DNA from: Sarea resinae
Lineage: Eukaryota
Direction of reading: 5' to 3'
NCBI GenBank assembly: GCA_026026165.1
Contig: JAPEUD010000026.1
Coordinates: 124,001-188,000 of the forward strand
Length of the DNA stretch: 64,000 nt
How positions within the stretch are numbered: the first letter of the stretch is position 1; every line of letters begins with the position of its first letter. Positions 1 through 12,737 of this stretch are shown here, in pieces. A model generated the notes under the pieces. The model saw only the letters and a program-made list of their open reading frames with translations, did not search any database and was not told where the DNA came from. The position numbers and the translations under genes are program-made.

Positions 1-381
1 CCCATCTAGCGCAGCTGGTAGCGTTGTTGGGCCCCCTGCCGAAGGCATTGTTGAACAGGACTGAGAGACCGAATTATATTGCGTCCGATGGTAAGTATAA
101 CAATGCAATGTTCCTCTACAATTGACTTCCCTGTGTATTTTGACTCCTTCGCTGGAGCCTTGACTGCTGCTAAATAAGCAGTAGGGACATTGGCGAAATC
201 CCCGTTCAGAAGAGTCTCGTTCGATGAGTTCTGCACAAACCCCAATCTAGCTAGTGAGGAGAAGCAGGATTTCATAGACTTCATCTCATCGATGCTAAAG
301 CTAGACCCACGGGAGAGACCAAGTGCTCGCAACTTACTCAAGGCGAGGTGGCTACTTCTAAAGCCGGAAGCTAGAAGATGA
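1..381 (+). CDS. C-terminal part of an SRPK-like (CMGC) Ser/Thr protein kinase; 5' end lies outside the window
   Basis: Exon 3-90 reads HLAQLVALLGPLPKALLNRTERPNYIASDG. Intron 91-184 (GTAAGT..TAG). The last exon reads ..FIDFISSMLKLDPRERPSARNLLKARWL, typical of kinase subdomains X-XI in fungal SRPK-like kinases. Confidence 0.75.
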
Positions 382-1113
382 GCAGAGTAACAAAAAGTTG
401 TCCTCATAAAGGAGCCACTGCTCATGTACTGAGCCATTGACCGAAAGTGTCAACTGAACATAGTCGAGTCAAATTTGAGTCAACGATGCGAGCAGGCGCA
501 GGAGGCATGCGGTGCGTGCTGTGGGTAGGGAGAAGCGGGGGCAACGGGATGCCCGATGTGGTGGTAATACAGCGAATGTGGAGTTGATATCTTGCGATAT
601 GCTGAGGATAATTCAATTCTAATGGGAGAGGCCCAACCGGCGGTAGAGACCATATAAACCTAAGTAGCTACAGATGATTGTAATATTGCCTGAGATAACT
701 CCATACCTACTACCTATTGTACTGCGCTCCAGCATCCAGCTGTGTGAGGAACTTTCGTACGTATTCGTACAGCCATGAGCGAAGCCCGAGTACTGCTGTA
801 GTACTTCAGGAGGGGCGGCTATTGCCGCGCGATGCAGTTGGTCGGGTAGTCTTCCCAGATTTCCGTCGTGTCTTTGCCGACCTCATGCGATGTGCTTATA
901 AGAACATATCTCGCAGTCGTACTCTCATTGTCTCTGTTCATGAGCCAGTTGAATAGATGCGTCTCGAAGCTATATTTGAATCGCGAATTTAGTACCTAGG
1001 AGTGCAACATACATTACTTTCCGCTGTTCGTTTGCTGCCTTAGACTGCTGGTAAGACTGAAATCTGCCAAAGCGTTACTTGGGGAAGCAGCCTTTGACAC
1101 TCCAAAGTGCGTC

Positions 1114-1800
1114 ATGTTCGCGGCAAAACGGCTGGGAAAGGTAAGCCATTCAACATCACCAACCATGAATATAATAGATGGCGTAGCTACAGCCTTGCTA
1201 ACGGTAATCGTATCCACTGCCTAGGAGCTTTCTAAGGTAAACAGTCCCGCTGGCTATGTCTTCTTCATCTCTCTACTACGATGACTTCATTTGCCTATCA
1301 AATTCGGCTGATGCCGAGTTCAGATCCACGACCATCTTCCGCCAGGTATCACCCTCGTCTCGGCAGAGAACCTGGAAGAATGGCAAATGGACATCAAGAT
1401 CCTGGACGATAATCCGTTATATCGAAATGAGATCTATCGCCTCAAATTCCGGTTCAGCCAAAAGTACCCGATTGGTATGCCTGCTATGCATACTAGAAGG
1501 CCTCGCTGACAGTCTGGCCCCGTCATATTAGAAGCCCCGGAGGTCACCTTCGTGAAGACGAAAGACCACCCCATACCAATGCATCCCCATATTTATTCCA
1601 ACGGCATCATCTGCCTCGACCTCCTCGACACACAAGGCTGGAGCCCCGTGCAGAATGTAGAGAGTATCTGCATGAGCATACAGAGTATGCTGACGGGCAA
1701 CACAAAGAACGAGCGGCCGCCAGGCGATGAGGACTTTGTTCGCGGAAACACCCAACGGCCCAGAGATATCAATTTCTATTATCACGATAACACTGTTTGA
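1114..1800 (+). CDS. Ubiquitin-conjugating enzyme E2, UBE2W-like; exons 1114-1140, 1225-1236, 1324-1474, 1532-1800
   Basis: Spliced product MFAAKRLGKELSKIHDHLPPGITLV..YRLKFRFSQKYPIEAPEVTF..HPHIYSNGIICLDLL..WSP. HPH (not HPN) before the catalytic Cys is the UBE2W-type signature. All three introns are GT..AG with branch sites. Confidence 0.88.
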
Positions 1801-2834
1801 GAGATGACTTCAGTGTCTCATGACCCTGTTTTGTGGCCCCATGGTCGATGAAGGACAATCAAACATAACGGCGGCGCACGGGCGAAACGAACGAAGTGAA
1901 GAGGGAAGGAAACGATTTCAAATACCAAAGGAGCATGGCGCATTCCCTATAAACGGAACGGAGTTCTGAGACTTGGCGACGTCTAACTGAAATGACGGGG
2001 CGAGGCTATGGAAGATGGACATGGAGATTAGCCTCCTTCGTTCGAAACATAGGACCAAGAACAACATCATGGAGATATCATTTTACAGCTCACATATTCA
2101 GCATTTCATCATGATAGCTTGGCGTAGGCCGATTATCGTTTTATTGGCGAAGCGCATTCATCAATCGAATGATCTGAGGTTCCAAGCATTAATGCATAGG
2201 GAGGGAATCTGCGCTCTCACTGGTGTAGTAACGATGGGGACCAAATTTAGCTTCTGAGACATGGCGATTCCAATTTACGTAGATGATGCCTTGCTATCAT
2301 ATCGCCCTGACCATGGTGGTGCTGGCCGCGTGTCTGGACCATTGAAAACAAATGCCTAGAAGACATTGGCAGTTGTCTGGCGCACCGCGATGAAATGTAG
2401 TTCCATACCTTTGCTGGACTTCTTGTACTCTTGATGATACATTAGTGGAATCGTCCATTGGTGTCAGACTGGATTTTGTAAAGGCTACAAGAGCACATAG
2501 GTCTCAGTGATTCATTCGGGCTGCCCCTGCGAAATCGCCATGTTCCGGAACTGAGCTAGATTCACCGTGCCATTATCACGCAAAGCTCTCCATTTTGCAT
2601 ACAATTCGTAAAACGAAGCAAAGGAAAAAGAAGAGGAGACAAAGATTTGGTCATTTTGATTGCAGTCATCCACCAGCACCTTGCTAAAAAAGAAAATCCG
2701 CTGCGAAATGAAAAAAAGGAAAACCGTGTACCGAAATACAGAGAATCGTGATCGTAAAGCCTTGTCGTTTCCTTTGTTGCCGGCCAGCGTCCTATTGCCC
2801 GCTTGTTCGTTATTCTTGTTGTTCTCCCCACTTC

Positions 2835-4496
2835 TCATCCACGCACCAACTCTCCCAATCTCTTCTCCAAGATCTCCCTCCCCTCCAACGTGGCCCAGAC
2901 CTCATGAGGAGCCTTGTTCACAACATCCCATCCGACGAGGTTGCTGGTCAGATGTGTGAGATCGCGTTGTTTCCGTTCCCACTCGCTGCTTTTCCGGACC
3001 TGGATGCCTGAGCTGACAATCACCAGCGGCGTTTTCTCGCTTTGTATCGTACGCGCAGAGGTGACTTCGCTCTTCGATAGTGAATCGGCGACGAGGCTTT
3101 CTTGCAATGTCGCCTTGATATATTTGCCTCCTTGATATGCACTACGGCCATAGATGCGATCCTCTCTCGAACGACCTTTGAAAAGAGCCCCTGCAAGACG
3201 GTCAAAGCCCAAGGGGGAGATAATGCCTCGGGCCCAAAGCATAAAGCCACGCCCCGGGGATCCGAGATTATGGAGAAGATCTTCATGTAGAGGGTCAATC
3301 AGAAAGAGTCCTGCTACCATTCGATAGTGCCTGCTGGAAAAGATCCGGCTGTAGATAGTCCCAACGCCTGCTGAGACAAGAATCCAAGGACCTTCTTCGC
3401 CTGCACGAGCAAGTGCTTCCGAAAGAGCATCTGCTGACATGCCAGCTGAGTGAGGAGATGGGGCATTGTCAGACCAGCCAAGACCTGGACGATCCCAATA
3501 ACAGTATCGATCTATAGTACCGTTTTGAAGAGCATTTGCTGCAAACGGTACTAGGCCGTCTTCGACAGGACCTTCCCCGCCTTCGACAAGAACCGTCGGA
3601 TTACGTTTGCCATCTGAATAGGTGATGTTGCCCTCACAGGCAAGATGGACCTGGTATTTATCGCCGTCCACGTAGTAACGTTCACCTGGAGGTGCCAATG
3701 ACGCGTCACGGGAGCGCAAGATCAGAGTTGCCGTGAGCAACACCGCGACTATGATGAGGACAATCAAGACAACGGTAGAGGCAAGCACGGCCAACCACTC
3801 TAAAACTGTGCGTCTGCTTTCCGGGCGTCCCGTCAAACGCTCTTCCTCTTCTCGTTTCCCCCAAGCAACAATTCTGTCCGTAAGCACAGTCCATGTCGCC
3901 ATCACTGTAGCCCAGACAACGGATGCAATGCCAACCCAGCCCTCTTCGATCCGCAGACGGCCAACAGCTAGGATGATAATCATATCAACCAGGAGAAATA
4001 CCGCGATGACCATGCACGAGACCTGCATCGCCTTGGACGGCTTGGAGAAGAATATGACGGCCACAAGCAGATTGCCGACCGTGAGGGTGGTGTAGGAAAA
4101 GTCGAAGAAGCCAGAACCACGGGAGTGCATGCCCGGTGGGGAGACGAAGATGGACACCAAGAGTAGAACCCACCATAGGAAGGAAATGATCAAGACGAGT
4201 ACGGACAGGTATCGGGTTGCACGAACACTGAAGAGGTTGTAGGGGGATACCTGAAAGAGCTGATATTAGCTGACAGCCTTAAACCTGACCCGACGTGAAG
4301 CATGACTGACAGCGGGATCATCTGGATCTAGATAGCCACCTGTACCAGGAGGAGGGGGGCGGTTTGAGGGGAGTAGCCTCGATCGCTCATCTGGTTCTTG
4401 GTGGTTTGACGGATGATCGTCGCTGGTTTCGCCATTCTGTGGGCTTGATGCACCACTGCGGCTGTCGGTCGTCTTTGATCCCCACATGGAGACCAT
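2835..4496 (-). CDS. Integral membrane protein with C-terminal alpha/beta-hydrolase-fold domain; intron 4251-4310
   Basis: MVSMWGSK..GYLDPDDPA|VSPYNLFSV.., then about 5 hydrophobic segments, then YQVHLAC..PTVLVEGG..YCYWDRPGLGWSD..PWILVSAGVG..LFLIDP..APHEVW. Confidence 0.85.
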
Positions 4497-5540
4497 CTTG
4501 AGATTGGATCGTATCAGGAAGGAACGATCTTGACCCAACAATGAAGGGTGGTTGGGAGGTAGAAATCAGACGAGCAAGGCAACCTCTTTGTGTAGAGGTA
4601 GGTATACGGTAGGTTAGGTGGTAGCTAGAAGCCTGAAGAGAGGGGGGTCCGGCTTGAGAGGCACAGCAAGGCCACAAGATCTGCAGAGCTGCTCGCTCCT
4701 GAGGAATTCGAAGAGATGTCTTGTAGCGAGTGCGTGGCGAAGAAAAAGGTCATGATGGAGCAGAGAACAGGCTTGGAAGGGTTCCTGTACTGCAGTCTCC
4801 GCCTCTTGCGTCGACACTCCAGGTAGCGCTCCTTCAAGACACTTGACGTCACTGTGCAAGGGTCACGGGCGTCTCATTCTTCAGAGGAAAGGAGAAAGAA
4901 TGGGCTGTATTACGAAGCAGGTAGGAGAGCTTCTGTTCTGTTCTACCTGCACGCGATCCTGGGGGATCTTGGTGTTTCCTCTCCTCTGGCGGACCCCTTC
5001 TGTGTGCGAACCGTACCAGGCAACATCACCAGCAGAGTGTGATCGAGAACACATTGAGCAATGGTTGATGGCATTGTTGATCGATGCATGTGGCCGTTGA
5101 TCCTTCCTGTTCTCGCTTGCAGGTGGACCGCCTGTCACCAAGTACGGAGTACTCCGCAGTACGAACACTACCTAGTACTCCGTACCTTGGGCAAGTGGAT
5201 GGTGGACGACGTACTTCGTCTTATGTACTCTACGAGGCTGTGCCCGATACTTTACTATGTACCTCCTCTTACCTGCGGAGTACTCTACGCTACCAGGGAC
5301 TCCGGAGTACACTATCGCGATACCCGCACTCGTGCTTTGTACTAAACCCAAGTGGATGTATCCATATGCTCCGGCGACGTCAACCGCCAACATTGATTGC
5401 GGTGGAGAAGGCATCCGGTACCATGACTTCGACTCTGCTACAATAATTGAAAGCCAAGCAACGCTCACTCACTGTCTGTCTTTCCGTACATCTACCGCTT
5501 ATCGCGCACCACCGGCGTAACACGGCTGACGCTTCGATCA

Positions 5541-7199
5541 ATGAGCGACCTCCAGCGATCCTTTGTCAAGGCCAAATTAGCCAGCCTCCCTCCAGAAGCG
5601 CCCATGCCTCTGGCTTCATTCGATGAAGAAGAGGAAGAAGAGACGGACAACTTCCCCCATGTCCATCCGGATGCGCGAGAAGATGACTCTTCCTCGGCCT
5701 CTTCGGCCTCGTCGACTGGTACTATTAAACCTTCACCAAGCAAACATCTATTCGCCAGGCCATTAGGGTACGCTTTTTCTATTAGGCATCATGAAAATCA
5801 AGTTTTTCACTGTGGAGCATTTTGTTCTTTTCACTTTGATGAGGCATGGCAATCTGGCCCGCGTTGGAGAACTAGCTAATCCCTTCCCTCCAACGACCAG
5901 GTCCTCAAGCAGACGAGGCACAGACCAACTCCCCTGGAGCGACTTCTTCTCTCAAGAGCTTTATCTCGAGCATAATTCCGGGACCGATCACATTACCCAT
6001 CACGTCTACATTACTCCACCCTCGGCATCCGGTCCCCTCTTCATAACCCATCATGGTGCGGGCTCCTCTGGCCTCTCGTTTGCCGTCTTTACTTCCGAGT
6101 TACGGAAACGATTACCAGAAGCAGGTGTGCTGTCCCTGGATGCAAGAGGGCACGGAGATACCGTGGTACGGTCAGAATCGTCTTACCAGCATGATTCCAG
6201 TGCCGGTGAAGGCGACGTCCTTGACCTAAGCCTGGGCACACTGAGCGATGATGTACTCGAGGTGGTTCGTCTGACGCAGCAGAAGATGCACTGGAAGGAT
6301 CTACCGGGGCTGGTGCTGGTAGGGCATAGTTTGGGTGGTGCAGTCATGACGGACGTGGCAAAGAGAGGGAATTTAGGGGATAAAGTCCTGGGCTATGCCG
6401 TGCTGGATGTGGTCGAGGGTCTGTGGCCGGAATATTTTTGGTCAACCTTCTACTAACAATTGTGCTTCCTTTAGGATCTGCTATTGATGCCCTCCAAAGT
6501 ATGCAATCATACCTCTCCTCTCGACCCTCTGGTTTCCCCTCACTAGCTTCAGGCATTGAATGGCAGTACGTTCCCTCACTCTTCTAGCCCCTTGGTGACT
6601 TTTAGATTTCTGTCATATCCCTCTACCATCAGACCAGAACACTGCCCCACTTTGCAAATGTATGAGTACGGCCGTATCTTAACCATGCCACCAACCACAG
6701 CACCCGCTCTCGCACCATCCGCAATACCACATCAGCACGCGTCTCCGTCCCCTCGCTGCTACGCATAGACCCCAAGGCCACCAATCCAGCCCGTTCCCGC
6801 GTCTGGCGTACGGATCTGGCGGCCACGCAGCCATTCTGGGAAGGCTGGTTTGTCGGGCTCAGCAAGAAGTTCCTTGAGGCCAAGGGTGGAAAATTGCTGT
6901 TGCTAGCGGGTACCGATCGTCTCGACAAGGAGTTGACTATCGGCCAGATGCAGGGCAAATATCAACTCCAGGTCTTCCCGGAAGCAGGACACTTCATTCA
7001 AGAAGACCTGCCGGCAAAGACCGCCACCACCATCGTCGAGTTTTACAAGCGAAACGATCGTTCGGCACTCGTGCTGCCGCCCAAAGTCGGCGATATCCTG
7101 AAACGGCAGAAAGAACAGGCAGAAGCACAAGCGCAGATGCAGACGCCAGGCCAAAGTCAGAGCCAGTTTCCGTCTCATCACGCGCCAGGACAGATATGA
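5541..7199 (+). CDS. PPE1: Protein phosphatase methylesterase 1; introns 5768-5900, 6419-6474, 6566-6700
   Basis: Motifs HHGAGSSGLSF, DARGHG, GHSLGG, LDVVEGSA, WHTRSRTIRN, LLLAGTDRLDKELTIGQMQGKYQLQVFPEAGHFIQED. Confidence 0.93.
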
Positions 7200-8338
7200 G
7201 CTTGTAAATTCAACGAAGATATACGACATTAAGATATATGAATTATAGGACAACGCATCCGAAGATAGCTCACGCGCTTCACTCGCCCATGTTGAACCGC
7301 GACTCTCTAGCCTCTCACAGTATATAGCATTGAAAGCGAATAAGAAGCCAAGTCTATCATGCGCATCAGTATGCCCATTATGCAGCTGACTGTCGGTCCT
7401 GACGAGCACCTCTGATATTCAAAAGACGAACCCGGTATCTCTTGCATCTCCTCTATCGGCGTATGTACGGAGTACGCGATATGCTAAGCGAACGGGCACC
7501 TTGCCTATCGAGGACTGCATGACACAGCCCTATGTCGCACCTTACCTTAGCCTTGAGTAGTTCTAGGCGCTGCTGACGATACCCGAGAAAAGACTAAGAT
7601 TAGATACAAGAGGCTACCTACCTCTTATCTATTGATCTGTCAACTGAGCACAAAGGGCGACCGCCCGTACCCAGGGCAATTCCGAGAGGCTACTTGATGC
7701 TAATCCCACATCATCAAGGGTTGCGAGTACCACAGTATGCATAGCTATCAATGCCCCCAAAAGGAGCCTAGGTAGGCCTCACGTTCTATGTATTACCTGA
7801 TGCAGTAATCTGAGATGCATCTCTTCGCTGCCAGTGCACACCATAGTATGTTTTTTTCACTATACAAACCCTCACAATTTACAGATAAGGCCATAAGCAT
7901 ATCACATAGATGAGAGTGCACAACTAGCACGCTTCTCCGGTGGAAGCTACGTCTCTGTTATGTCCGATATTTCCTTCCTAGACCGATAGCGGATTGGTAG
8001 AATTGTCTGCGAATTTACGACGTTCTCTGAGAGAATCTTCGGTAACAATCTTGATAATTAGCAACTGCGTTGATAGAGGACAGACCCCTCCCCTGAAAAC
8101 AAAGCGTTTTGTACCTGCCCGCTCTCAATGAGAACGAGGGAAGCGAGAAGATGAAGTGATAGGACCCGAGAAAAAGAGCTTATGTGAGTGTGGTTTGAGT
8201 TGGGGAGTAACGTGGGGTTGGTTGGAGGAGAGGATGGGTGACATCGATCCAACGATGAATGACAAAGGTAGGAAAGCAGAGATTGGTGAGGGGACAGGGA
8301 GATGTAGAAGGGCTGAGAGCTACGGCTTCATTTTTTTT

Positions 8339-11300
8339 CTAAAGTGGCTTTCCGCCGATGAATTCGCTCCACCGGCGCACCTCACCGGGAATACCGTCTT
8401 TCCGGGGCAATTTCTCGCTCAGACATTGGGCGAAGAGAAGAGCAGTCTAAGAAGGATGAAGAGCATATAGTCAGCCACACCATCTTTTGTTTGCCGCGAA
8501 GACTAAAGAAGGGAGGGAGAGAACATACTTTTGGCTCCATGAATAAGGGCACTCCGAAGTCAACCGCATTCCTTCTCATGACGTAATCATTATCTAGGAG
8601 CGAATTGGCCCTCGTGGCCGCGAGATTGAATACGCCCTTGATATTATACTTCTGGAACACCTCGCGCAGGAGTCTCTTATCTTCTTTCGGGAACTCGATG
8701 ACGTCGACAGTAACACCGTTGGCGGCGGAAGCCTCGATATGCTTCTTCACTTCTGGATCAGCGGCGAAGAGTTTGTATCCCATCGGAGAGACGTAGTCCA
8801 CGATAGCCGCAAGTTCAGGCTTCGACACATCACCGCCAAACAGCAGTCCCTCGCCGGGTTCAGGCACACGGAAGTTCATGGTCGCTTGCATACTAGCCCA
8901 GTAAGCTTCGACAAGGTCAGAGCCGAAGCATGCAATCTCGCCTGTAGATGACATTTCAACACCGAGGAAGGGGTCTGCGCCCGCGAGACGTGTCCACGAA
9001 AATTGAGGTACTTTAGTGGCAAGGTAATTTCGCTTTTGGGCCATGAGATCCACGGGTGCAGGCACATCCCGGCCGACGAGGGCCTTGGTGGCGACATCAA
9101 TGAAGTTCGTGCCGAGCACTTTCGAGACGAAGGGAAAGGAACGGGAAGCGCGAAGGTTGCATTCGATGACCTTGAGAAGGGGTAGGCCACCAGAGGGGTC
9201 TTCGGCCTTGATGATTTGCATATTAAAGGGACCGGTGATGTTCCAGGCTTTGGCTACCTTTTCTGCAATTTCTTTAACCCTTGAGATCGTGGTTTGGTCG
9301 AGACTGGTAGGTGGTAAGACGAGAGTAGCGTCGCCGGAGTGCACTCCGGCTGGCTCAATATGTTCGCTGACGGCGTGGAGGATGAGCTTTCCAGCCGAGC
9401 CCACGGCATCGACATCGATTTCCTCAGCGCCTGAGATGAACTTGCTGATGACAACGGGATGGTCAGGGGAAACCTCGCTTGCGGACTCGAGTTTTTCCTT
9501 GAGCTCATCTTCGCTTCGAATGACGTTCATGGCGGCTCCAGAAAGAACATAACTGGGCCGGACAAGCACAGGGTAGCCTACCTCTTCGGCAAAGGCTTGA
9601 GCTTCAGCAACAGACGTCAATTCTTTCCACGCAGGCTGATCAACTCCTATATCATCAAGGATCTGAGAGAATTTGTGTCGGTCTTCCGCTTTGTCAATAT
9701 CGGCTGGGTCAGTCCCCAACACCTTAGCTCCACCTTGCTGTTGCAATTTCAGAGCGATATTTTGAGGTAGTTGACCACCAACAGAGACAACGACGCCGCT
9801 GGCAGACTCAAGCTCGTAGATATCCATTACACGCTCATAGCTAAGCTCTTCAAAGTAGAGTCTATCAGCAGTGTCGAAATCAGTTGAATAGGTTTCCGGG
9901 TTGTAGTTTATCATGACGGTTTTCTTGCCCATATCCTTCAGGGAAAGGGTGGCATTGACAGCGCACCAGTCGAACTCCACAGAGCTTCCAATACGATAAA
10001 CACCGCTACCAAGGATAACTATGCCATGCTCATCGAAGGTGATATCATGTGATGTTGCGTTATAGGTCGTGTACAGATAATTGGTGTCGGCTGGAAATTC
10101 TGCGGCAAGGGTGTCAATCTTCTTGACAAATGGCTTGATGCCGAAACCCTTTCGCCTTGCGCGAACCTCATCTTCAGTACTTCCTACGCATTTCGCAATT
10201 TGCTTGTCAGAGAAACCCAATTTCTTCGCTCTGCTCACGATCTCGGTTTTGAGCCCAAAGAGACTGCCAATCTCCTTCAGCTCGTGGTGCATGTCGACGA
10301 TGTTCTGCAGTTTGTATAGGAACCACTTGTCGATCTTCGTAAGTTCATGTACCCTGTCCACCGTATAGTCCTCGTGAATCATGGCTTGACCGACGGCCAG
10401 CCATCTTCTATCCGTCGGATTTCGCAAAGCCTCATCAAGATCTTCGAAGTGGTCACCTTGGAAGCCGTCGAACTTTGGATCTACCTGGCGGATAGCCTTC
10501 TGGATGGATTCTTCAAATGTCCTGCCAATAGCCATGACTTCACCAACTGACTTCATTGAACTGCCAATGTCACGCTTGACATTTTGGAATTTGCTCAGAT
10601 CCCATCTAGGGATTTTGGTCACAATGTAGTCGAGACTGGGTTCGAAGTTGGCAGTCGTGGTTTTCGTCACGGCGTTCGGCAGTTCGGGCAGTGTATGCCC
10701 TAATCCAATCTTCGCAGCAGTATACGCCAGAGGGTAACCGGTGGCCTTGGATGCGAGAGCGGATGAACGGGAGAGACGTGCGTTGACTTCAATGACCCTG
10801 TAGTCTAGACCGTCCGGCTGGAGGGCATATTGTACATTGCACTCACCGACTACACCGAGGTGACGGATGATTTTGATGGCCGCAGTTCGAAGCATATGGT
10901 ATTCTTCGTCGCTCAAAGTTTGACTGGGTGCCACGACAATGCTGTCTCCGGTATGGATACCTAAGGGATCGAAGTTCTCCATGTTGCAAACAGTAATGCA
11001 GTTGTTGGCGGCATCCCTAACAACTTCGTACTCGACTTCCTTCCAGCCTTTGAGAGACTTCTCAACCAAAATCTGGGACGAAAGTGTCAGAGAACGAGCA
11101 GACAAGTTCTTGAGTTCTTCCTCGTTATTTGCAAATCCGGATCCGAGACCGCCGAGGGCGTATGCTGATCGGACAATGATCGGGTAGCCAATATTTGAAG
11201 CAGCCTCAAGCGCTTCATCAACCGTGCCCACTGCTATAGACTCTGCAATTGGGATGTTGATTTCTATGACGAGGATTAACATAGCCCCTTTCAAAGCAAG

Positions 11301-12169
11301 ATTCTCCGTCACTTGCCTTTGAGAGCTTTTGCGAATAGATCACGGTCCTCACTGGTCTCCAGTGTCTTGATACTTGTACCCAATACCTTGACTCCGTATC
11401 GGTCGAAAATGCCCATTTTATCCATTTGTACTCCAAGATTAAGAGCAGTCTGGCCACCGAATGTCAGCAATATGCCATCCGGCCGCTCCCGTTCGATCAC
11501 ATGAGTGACGTATTCAGGAGTAACAGGAAGATAGTAAACTTCATCAGCGAGGACGTGAGCAGTTTGAATGGTTGCAATGTTAGGGTTTATGAGGACGGAT
11601 GCGACGCCAGCCTCCTTCAAAGCCTTCAGAGCCTGAGAACCTGGAGCAGAGCATAACCATTAGCGCCAGAGAACAGTAATCGAAGATCAAGCCAGCCAGT
11701 AAAAGCACAATCGATATTTTGCTTCAGGTCAATTCGTCAAGACAGGGCTATTCATTCAAACGTGCACGAGTGCGAATGCTCTCCACCCGAAACACGGTGA
11801 CTCAGACCACCTTTAGAAATATTATGACTTACCGGAGTAGTCGAATTCTCCAGCCTGACCAATACTCAATCCACCACTTCCAATCACCAAAACTTTCTTG
11901 ACGTCGACGAGATTGCGGGCGCCGGCGATGGCACCGCTCTGGAGATAGGCCTTCGCATTGGGGGCCTCTTGACTACTCACCCGGAGCGTCAAAGAGGTCG
12001 AGAAAGCTCGAGCATCTCTGAATGACGGCTGACCAGGCTTCTGCTGGTGACAGGTCGCCCGACGAGCAATGCGATTGCTGAAGCAACGGATGGCCGTTGA
12101 CGGTGCTCCACGCCGATATTGACGCACGAGCGCCGATGCTCGGCATGCGGTGCGCAACGACATAGCCAT
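8339..12169 (-). CDS. CPA2: Carbamoyl-phosphate synthase, arginine-specific large chain, with mitochondrial presequence; introns 11641-11832, 11264-11316 (GC-AG), 8447-8528
   Basis: [26 protein letters not shown], two ATP-grasp domains ([21 protein letters not shown]), MGS-like tail [19 protein letters not shown]-rich N-terminus with no acidic residues. Start is at 12169 or 12163. Confidence 0.95.
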
Positions 12170-12724
12170 TGAAGCACGTGTGGACCGCAATTCAAAGGCA
12201 ATGGCTCCCAGAAGCGCTTGACGAAGAGGCAAGCAGGCTCACAAAGAGCCTGTGTGCAAATAGCACTGGATCGATGAGGTTTGAGGGGGCTCGTGAGCGC
12301 GCGGTTGGAGGAAAGGCTCTTGTCTGTCAGAAATAAATTCTGAAGCTTGGGATCCGACTTAATCGTCCACGACGAGGTACACGGTACTTTGGTACTTGAG
12401 ACTTGGTACTGGGTTCCGTTACCTCTGTTCCCAGTGTGCTCTCTACCTTAAGGCTACCTGCTTACCTTAGGTGGGCGTAGCGAGCGTGAATCACTCGAAA
12501 CGAGCCAGGGCAGTCCGATAAGGCCAAGGGGAAAAGAATTGGAGACGATCAGCTGGAGGATTGGCACAACCGAAGTGTCTAGTACGAAGGTATCGCGTAG
12601 TACTGCCCTCTCGAGATTCTTCTTCTCATGGAAATATTGACAGCGACAACAACTGGCAAGGTCGCGAAAGCAATTTGATGAAATCCGTCCTGGGTTGATA
12701 TTAATCATCGCCCATTGTCAACAT

Positions 12725-12737
12725 TGACTCTGAGTCA
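12725..12737. promoter_or_regulatory. Tandem Gcn4/CpcA/Cpc-1 binding elements (TGACTC + TGAGTCA) about 560 bp upstream of CPA2
   Basis: Sequence TGACTCTGAGTCA contains a perfect TGASTCA heptamer plus an adjacent TGACTC. Arginine-biosynthesis genes are classic cross-pathway-control targets. Confidence 0.6.

Noticed and set aside
12170..12720. Arginine attenuator peptide uORF upstream of the CPS gene
   Set aside because: The AAP belongs to the small-subunit gene (CPA1/arg-2). No ATG-initiated AAP-like uORF is visible in the proximal leader of this large-subunit gene.
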